From assembly GCA_965116885.1 (NCBI GenBank), contig OZ220741.1, positions 2,592,001 to 2,656,000 of the forward strand: a stretch of 64,000 bases of DNA, given 5' to 3'. The number at the start of each line of letters is the position of its first letter. The stretch's first letter is position 1. Below the pieces are notes generated by a model. It was given only the letters and a program-made list of their open reading frames with translations, had not been told where the DNA came from and searched no databases. Of this stretch, positions 58,177 through 64,000 are shown in pieces. The DNA is from Candidatus Latescibacterota bacterium. GTDB taxonomy: Bacteria; Latescibacterota; UBA2968. The translations under genes and the position numbers were made by a program.

Positions 58177-59604
58177 TTACCAGCCCGCGTTTTTTTGAAG
58201 GGAGATCGGATGTTCGAAATCGCTTTCCATTGTTTCGGGGAGTTGATAGACGTTGCCTTTTTTGTCGCAGAAGTAAAGGCATGATTTGGATGCACGTCGC
58301 GCATTGCCGTCAGCCCAGAGGGCGTAGAAGTCGGGGTGTGCATTGACGGGGCTTCGGGCATAGGTGTGGTTGCGGATGCTGTCTTGCGTGAGTTGTTTGA
58401 CGCGCTTCCACGTTTGTTCACTGCGTTCCCACATTGCCATTTCTCCGCCGGGATTGTAGGGTTGTGGTCCGGTTTCTGTGGGGGCGATGACGCGATAGGT
58501 GCCATCTGCTTCGAGGTAGAGGGACCCCATGTCATAGTTGCTGTCGGATATGGTGATGGGATGGGCGTGCCAGTCGCTCCCGGTCCATTGCAATAGGGTC
58601 CAGGTGCGCGGGCCATTTTCCGGGCCCGATTCATAACCTTTGCTGGTGATGACGAGGATGACGGGCTTTCCCTGTGGGTCGAGGCGAATGTCTTTGAGAT
58701 AGACTTTTAGTCCTTCGGCTGCGTAATCGCGCACGAGGGCGTTGTTGTGTGGGGTTGTGAGCGGAATTTCGACGGGTTCCCCGGCTGCGTTTTGCCAGGT
58801 TTGTCCAAAGTCGGGGGTTTCGAGGTAGTAGAGGTTGGTGCGCCAGTTGAGACCGTGAGGATCGGGATGGTAGTTGAAGGCTGTGACGGCTTTTTGGCTG
58901 GAGCATATACTGATTTGATAATGTCCTTTTTCGATGGCGGCCAGGCGCGTCCATTCGGACCATTTGACGCCGTTGGGGCTGGTCGTGAAGAAGAGGGTGC
59001 GGTCGGCCGGGTCTTTGTAGCGGGTGACAAAGTTGATGAAGCCGCGACCGGGTAAGTGCCAGGCTTGCATGTAGGAGAAGTTGTCCATGGGGCGTTCTGC
59101 GCCATTGAGGCGATAGGTCGCGTCAATTTGTTCAAATTCATCGATGTCGTAGGGTTTTGCGCTTCGGTGGATATATGAGGGGCGCGATAAGCCGTGTGCG
59201 GTAGAGAAGATCCAGATATAGCCGTCGTCGTCTATGGAGATGACGGGATTGTCGTGGGCGTCGGCTGTGTTTTTGTCGAGGAGGATGGTCGGACGGGGTA
59301 CTTGTCGGGTTTTGTGGTCGAAGTAGGAGATCATGTGCAGGAGAAAACCGCTGCGATTGCGCGAGAAAGCGCGGTCGCCATTGAGGTCTTCTTCTGTGTG
59401 TTTGAGATGTGCGTCAACGGGTGTGCCACCATAACAGAAGAAGGTTTTTTCGACTTCGGGTCGGTACACGGCAAAGGGGCGATGTTTGGCACAGTACGTG
59501 CCCAATCCACCGCTGTATTTGTACACGTATTCATCGCCGGATGGCTGATTGTAATACCATATTCCGCGATAGCCCGTGTCTTTTTGGTTTATGGTGAGGG
59601 TCAT
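58177..59604 (-). CDS. BNR-4 repeat / beta-propeller protein
   Basis: KYSGGLGTY, DAHDNP, TPDFGQTW Asp-box, HTYAR. Confidence 0.7.
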   Translation of the reverse strand: MTLTINQKDTGYRGIWYYNQPSGDEYVYKYSGGLGTYCAKHRPFAVYRPEVEKTFFCYGGTPVDAHLKHTEEDLNGDRAFSRNRSGFLLHMISYFDHKTRQVPRPTILLDKNTADAHDNPVISIDDDGYIWIFSTAHGLSRPSYIHRSAKPYDIDEFEQIDATYRLNGAERPMDNFSYMQAWHLPGRGFINFVTRYKDPADRTLFFTTSPNGVKWSEWTRLAAIEKGHYQISICSSQKAVTAFNYHPDPHGLNWRTNLYYLETPDFGQTWQNAAGEPVEIPLTTPHNNALVRDYAAEGLKVYLKDIRLDPQGKPVILVITSKGYESGPENGPRTWTLLQWTGSDWHAHPITISDSNYDMGSLYLEADGTYRVIAPTETGPQPYNPGGEMAMWERSEQTWKRVKQLTQDSIRNHTYARSPVNAHPDFYALWADGNARRASKSCLYFCDKKGNVYQLPETMESDFEHPISLQKNAGW

Positions 59605-59749
59605 GTTTTCTCCTTTGGATGAGAATATTGGCAGATGATAAAAAAAGGGAAAAGGAAATCCGCGTCAAGTTTCTTGACAAAGTTTGGTTTCATGGCTTCA
59701 TTGAAAAAATAATGTGCCATGCATGGGCAGATCCTGTGTCTGCTTCATT

Positions 59750-59776
59750 GTAGGGGCGGTGCCCCCGTGCCCGCCC
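59750..59776 (+). repeat. GTAG-type REP element, copy 3
   Basis: GTAGGGGCGGTGCCCCCGTGCCCGCCC. Confidence 0.82.
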
Positions 59777-59795
59777 GCTCTTAGAAAGGATTATT

Positions 59796-60548
59796 ATGTC
59801 GAATCCCACGATTGATGTGTTGATGTCGCACAGGAGTATTCGGAGGTTTGAAGATCGAGCATTGCCCGATGGGGTGTTGGAGACGCTGATTCGGTGCGGG
59901 CAGCAGGCGAGTACGTCGAGTAATTTGCAGGCTTATACGGTGATTCATGTGGCTGATCCCGAACGGAAGAAGAAGTTGGCCGAGTTGTGTGCCGATCAGG
60001 TGCAGATTCATCAGAGTGCGGCATTTTTGGCTTTTTGTGCGGATTTGCATCGGGATCGGATGGCGAATCAGATGCATGGGGTTGAGCGGTTTGATGGGGA
60101 TTATGTGGAGGCGTTGATGATTGCGACGGTGGATGTCGCGCTGATGATGCAGAATGTGGCGATTGCGGCAGAGTCTATGGGGTTGGGTATTTGTATGATT
60201 GGGGCAATGCGGAATAATCCAAAGGCTGTGGGTGAATTGCTCGGGTTGCCGCCTTATGTTGTGGCTGTGTCGGGTTTTTGTATTGGGTATCCCGCGCAGG
60301 AGCCAGAGGTGAAACCGCGGTTGCCCGTCGATGCGGTGTTGCACCGGGAGCGTTATCTGGACGATGAGACGCATTGCGCGATTATGAAGGATTACGATCA
60401 GAAGATGGTGGAATTTTATGCGTCACAGGGGATGCACGAAGGAGATCAGCGCTGGACAACGGTGGTGGGCGGGCGCACCGGGCAATTTCATGCGCGTGAG
60501 GAACTGGATGAGTTTCTGACAGCGCAGGGGTTTAAGTTGCGGCGGTGA
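59796..60548 (+). CDS. NfsA/FRP family NADPH-dependent nitroreductase
   Basis: HRSIRRF, ASTSSNLQAY, IGAMRN, KPRLP. Confidence 0.92.
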   Translation: MSNPTIDVLMSHRSIRRFEDRALPDGVLETLIRCGQQASTSSNLQAYTVIHVADPERKKKLAELCADQVQIHQSAAFLAFCADLHRDRMANQMHGVERFDGDYVEALMIATVDVALMMQNVAIAAESMGLGICMIGAMRNNPKAVGELLGLPPYVVAVSGFCIGYPAQEPEVKPRLPVDAVLHRERYLDDETHCAIMKDYDQKMVEFYASQGMHEGDQRWTTVVGGRTGQFHAREELDEFLTAQGFKLRR

Positions 60549-60658
60549 AGGGGCGACTCGGTGGGATGATGGAATTGAAAAGAACTTGACCGAATTTCAA
60601 GCGTGTATTATATACGCCGATGTAAGTTTGAAGATGAATAATCATAAAGGAGGATGAG

Positions 60659-61306
60659 ATGAAAGTGCTGATTTTATCGGGGCCGAACCATCGGTTTGAT
60701 GCAAGTGCCGAGGTTATCCATGGGTTTTTGGGCGCTCAGAACGATTTGTCTGTGGCGCTTGAAGACAATAAGGATGTGCTGACTTCAGACGCTTTGGACG
60801 ATTTTGATGTGCTGGTACACGGTACGGGATTCACGCGTACAGAACGGGATGCAGATGGGACGGTGAATCGCTTGCCTGATTTGGCGCCTGAGCAAGAAGA
60901 GGGACTATTTGATTTTGTGGCGGGTGGCAAAGGTCTGGTGGGCATTCACGGGACGGCATGGTGGATTGGTGGGAGGGCTGTGGATTTGATCGGCGGACAC
61001 GCAAACTGGCATCCGCCGGGATTGACGTTTACCGTCAATATTGCGGATGACGCGCATCCCATTACGCAAGGGGTCGATGATTTTGAAGTGGAAGATGAGA
61101 TTTATATGTCGGCCTGGGATCCCGCTGTTCACATTTTGGCAACCGCGGATTGGAGCGATAAGCAGCATCCCATGGCCTGGGTGAAAGATTATGGCGAAGG
61201 ACGGGTATTTTACACGACTCTGGGACACGGGCCAGGTACATTTGAGCGGGCAGGGATGCAACAACTGGTCACGCAGGGCGTGAGGTGGGCTGGAGGGAAC
61301 TCGTGA
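60659..61306 (+). CDS. ThuA-like (class I glutamine amidotransferase-fold) protein
   Basis: GKGLVGIH, HPIT, DEIY, GRVFYTTLGH. Confidence 0.9.
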   Translation: MKVLILSGPNHRFDASAEVIHGFLGAQNDLSVALEDNKDVLTSDALDDFDVLVHGTGFTRTERDADGTVNRLPDLAPEQEEGLFDFVAGGKGLVGIHGTAWWIGGRAVDLIGGHANWHPPGLTFTVNIADDAHPITQGVDDFEVEDEIYMSAWDPAVHILATADWSDKQHPMAWVKDYGEGRVFYTTLGHGPGTFERAGMQQLVTQGVRWAGGNS

Positions 61307-61956
61307 TGCTTAGATTTGCCGAAGAACTCTTGCTTCTGACACTCGACGACGAGAATGGGAGATTTGCTCGCGTGCCAGACCGGTTGATGCGGTACGCGCT
61401 GGCCGGTGGTGTGTTGATGGATTTGGCGCTGGAGAATCGGATTGATACGGATCTCAAAAATCTGATCCTCGTCGATTCGACTCCGCTTGAGGATAGCTTG
61501 CTCGATCCGACGCTCGCGGATATTGCCCAGGCGGACGATACCAGGGATGCGCGCTTTTGGGTGGAGCGCACCGCGCTTCGCGCAGATACGATTCGAGAAG
61601 TGGCACTCAACCGACTCGTAGAACAGGGTATTCTCAAGCGCGAGGAGGACCGGTTCATGTGGGTGTTCCAGGCGCGGCGCTATCCCATTGTTGACAATAC
61701 GGCCGAGCGCGAGGTCAAGCTGAGGATTATGGAGGTGTTGTTCAGCGATCAGATCCCCGGTCCGCGCGATGTCGTGATTATTGGCCTTGCACATGCGTGC
61801 GATATTTTCAAGGAGATTCTGTCCGCACGCGAATTGGCGCGTGTTTCAGACCGCATCGACCAGGTGCGAAAGCTGGATTTGATCGGTCAGGCTATGTCGC
61901 AGGCGATTACAGATATCGAGCTATCACTCGCCCTCGCCGTGCAGATGATGCCGTGA
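61306..61956 (+). CDS. GPP34/GOLPH3 family protein
   Basis: AEELLLLTLDD, LAGGVLMDLALENRI, LVEQGIL...RRYP. Confidence 0.82.
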   Translation: MLRFAEELLLLTLDDENGRFARVPDRLMRYALAGGVLMDLALENRIDTDLKNLILVDSTPLEDSLLDPTLADIAQADDTRDARFWVERTALRADTIREVALNRLVEQGILKREEDRFMWVFQARRYPIVDNTAEREVKLRIMEVLFSDQIPGPRDVVIIGLAHACDIFKEILSARELARVSDRIDQVRKLDLIGQAMSQAITDIELSLALAVQMMP

Positions 61957-61976
61957 GGAGTGGGAAGGACGAAGTG

Positions 61977-62016
61977 AAAAGCCGCTTTGCTGAAGTCCCA
62001 GCAAGGCGGCTTTTTT
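61977..62016. terminator. Bidirectional terminator
   Basis: AAAAGCCGCTTTGCT...AGCAAGGCGGCTTTT. Confidence 0.8.
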
Positions 62017-62042
62017 GAGGTACCGCTGTAGTGAGGCAGAAG

Positions 62043-62330
62043 TTACACGCCTTCGGCGATTATCACGTCGGCGGTGGCGGACCTCATGCGGATCTCTTTG
62101 AGTCTGGCGTATTCCGGGGAATTTAGCCACGTTCTCGCCTGTTCAACGCTGTCGAATTCCACCACTACCATGCGGTCGGGTACCCAATCGCCCTCTATCG
62201 CCTCAGTGGCACCGCCTCGCACCAGGTATTTGCCGCCGTGAGCCTCAACGGTCGCTGCAATCCCTTTTTGAAATTCGGCGAAGACAGCCTGATCCGTTAT
62301 TCCGTTATTCAAAATTACGTATCCAGCCAT
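62043..62330 (-). CDS. DUF1330 domain protein
   Basis: HGGKYLVRGG, EGDW, VVVEFDS, WLNSPEY. Confidence 0.9.
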   Translation of the reverse strand: MAGYVILNNGITDQAVFAEFQKGIAATVEAHGGKYLVRGGATEAIEGDWVPDRMVVVEFDSVEQARTWLNSPEYARLKEIRMRSATADVIIAEGV

Positions 62331-62421
62331 GTTGACTCCTCCTTTCGCATGTTATGTGAGCAAGATGGTAATGCCGATTTTACTATAAGCAACGATCTAA
62401 AGTTTTTGTCAACACTCTTTT

Positions 62422-63474
62422 TTATGGATTGGTGTCGCTCGTATCCTCAATGGTTCCGTCTCTGGTTTGCAACCGCATCCCGGTGTTATTGGCGCGCGTG
62501 CTCCAGACTTGCCCCGAGATAGCAGTGTGCTTCTGTAAGGCCGTTAGCAACTGCGCCTTGACTGCATCATCTGAGATCTCATCGGCGTCGAAGAATCCGA
62601 AGACTGTGGATCCGGTTGACGAAAGGCCACACCCAACAATGCTGCCCACCTCGTCAAACCCGCGCCGAACCGCCTGAAGCGGGGCGAGGTCTGGTCGCTC
62701 CCAATGTCGCCGCTTCCAGCCAGTCTCCTGCAGGGCACTCACTGATGATCCAAACGCCGGCAGGTCGAACTCCAGGATCGCGGGCAGGAGCTGCATCAGG
62801 ATTACATGCGACACCGCTTGAACCTCATTCAGTGGTATCGGTGTGTTAGCGACCATGAACTCAAGTTCTCGCTGGCCCGATAGCCCGCCCAAATCCCGAG
62901 GCGTGAACAGGACCACGCCCCAGTGAACTGGAAATTCGTAGCGAAGCAAGAGAGGCGGTTGACGCACATCGCGGGCAAAGCGGCTGGGCGCAAAGAAGTC
63001 CTTGTCCCGGTCAACGGAGTGGCCGCCGTCCAGCAGCAGGCCGCCCCATCGGAATGCACCAGTGCCGATGCCCGACGTACCCCCTCGCGTCGATATATCT
63101 GCCAGTTTGGACTGTGACAGATTCAGCTCGAAGCAGTGATTCAGCGCCGCCAGCAAGGACAGCCTCCACTGGGTACCCGAACCAAGCCCATGATGAGGAG
63201 GGATCGTCTCGCGGATAACGATCTGCAAGGCTGGATCAACATCCAGCAACTCGCTGCTGGCTATGAGTTCTCTCATCACGAACTCTCGTAGCCTGGCGTC
63301 GCCGCCACGCACGTTGGCGTGCCCGTGAGAGCGGAAGCCGAACGCGATTCCCGGTTGTTCCAGCGCAACGCCGAGACCGCCGTCGATGCGACCCAGTTGA
63401 CCGTTCATGTCAACGAGCGTGAAATGCAAACGCGACGGGGTGCTCATGCGATTGTGCGTGAAGGTTGAGGACAT
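62422..63474 (-). CDS. Beta-ribofuranosylaminobenzene 5'-phosphate (RFAP) synthase family, GHMP fold
   Basis: PSRLHF, GRIDGGLGVAL, HHGLGSGTQ, RGGTSGIG, GGLLLDGGH, GLSSTG; start uncertain. Confidence 0.88.
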   Translation of the reverse strand: MSSTFTHNRMSTPSRLHFTLVDMNGQLGRIDGGLGVALEQPGIAFGFRSHGHANVRGGDARLREFVMRELIASSELLDVDPALQIVIRETIPPHHGLGSGTQWRLSLLAALNHCFELNLSQSKLADISTRGGTSGIGTGAFRWGGLLLDGGHSVDRDKDFFAPSRFARDVRQPPLLLRYEFPVHWGVVLFTPRDLGGLSGQRELEFMVANTPIPLNEVQAVSHVILMQLLPAILEFDLPAFGSSVSALQETGWKRRHWERPDLAPLQAVRRGFDEVGSIVGCGLSSTGSTVFGFFDADEISDDAVKAQLLTALQKHTAISGQVWSTRANNTGMRLQTRDGTIEDTSDTNP

Positions 63475-63520
63475 CGGCAGCCTTTTTTGACTGTGGTTTT
63501 TTGTGTGTGTTCTGTCAATA

Positions 63521-64000
63521 CTATCGCGAGCCATCGACCTGCACCGTAATGATGTCTATGCCGTGATATTTCCGGTGGCGCACAGAAGACGCGTAATGCC
63601 GCAACAGGCGGAACGATATCTCGCTTTCCTCTGGAACCTCGACCTGTTCGCTCAGGTACGCCAGCTGGTCTTCGATGTTCTCCTCTTCGAAGACCGCCAG
63701 AAACTCTATCTCTATTGTCCCGTTGTTGGGACGCGCAAAGAGGATCAACTTCGGCGCATTATCAGTCGCGTAGTTACCCCCCAACTGTAACAGACTCGAC
63801 AGTGCCTCCTCACCGGCGGCACGCAGCCGCTCCGTCGAAGCATCATTCCAGCCGCTCCTGGAGGCGAGGTCGCGGAGTAATGCGTCAATCATAGGCAGAG
63901 CGGAGATGTCCAATGCGGTCTCCAGGCGTCTGCGCCGCGGGTTGGTCAGCTCTGTGAATGAGGTCATCAGAATCGCAGCCAGAACGCCGGCCGTCATGCC
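63521..64000 (-). CDS. C-terminal part of a membrane protein with a soluble tail possibly of RsbW/HATPase-like fold (truncated by window end)
   Basis: Hydrophobic helix AGVLAAILM followed by a ~130 aa soluble domain; family assignment weak. Confidence 0.45.
   Translation of the reverse strand, partial: GMTAGVLAAILMTSFTELTNPRRRRLETALDISALPMIDALLRDLASRSGWNDASTERLRAAGEEALSSLLQLGGNYATDNAPKLILFARPNNGTIEIEFLAVFEEENIEDQLAYLSEQVEVPEESEISFRLLRHYASSVRHRKYHGIDIITVQVDGSR

Overview
Bacterial chromosomal segment of moderate GC, mostly housekeeping and metabolic genes. The PorX-like regulator next to tsaE and the long-form IspG suggest an FCB-superphylum organism, possibly Latescibacterota-like; this is inference only. 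From left to right: an ABC-F 3' end, HU/IHF, tRNA(CAU), rpsU-cvpA-ispG-dnaG, and a histidine kinase/PorX-like/tsaE operon. A small-molecule catabolic cluster follows. At about 18.3-24.5 kb lies a defence-type island: an NYN-domain RNase followed directly by a 4.2-copy array of 51-52 bp hairpin repeats, a DUF5131 protein, a C5 methyltransferase, a GHKL-ATPase/PD-(D/E)XK restriction enzyme, an HsdS-like remnant and an HNH nuclease. Next come TolC, Ogg, a CysE-like protein, an ABC transporter with one frameshifted permease, a sufBCDSU-sufT-rrf2-nfuA operon, a PqqD-family pair, lexA, dprA, sulfatase/MFS, a KamA-family enzyme, UPF0182-murQ, a ClpX-like ATPase and RqcH. The right end has folD under a ZTP riboswitch, a GPP34 protein and an archaeal-type beta-RFAP synthase. 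The best candidate for an undescribed system is the NYN RNase plus downstream hairpin-repeat array. All calls come from reading motifs by eye; no database searches were run.
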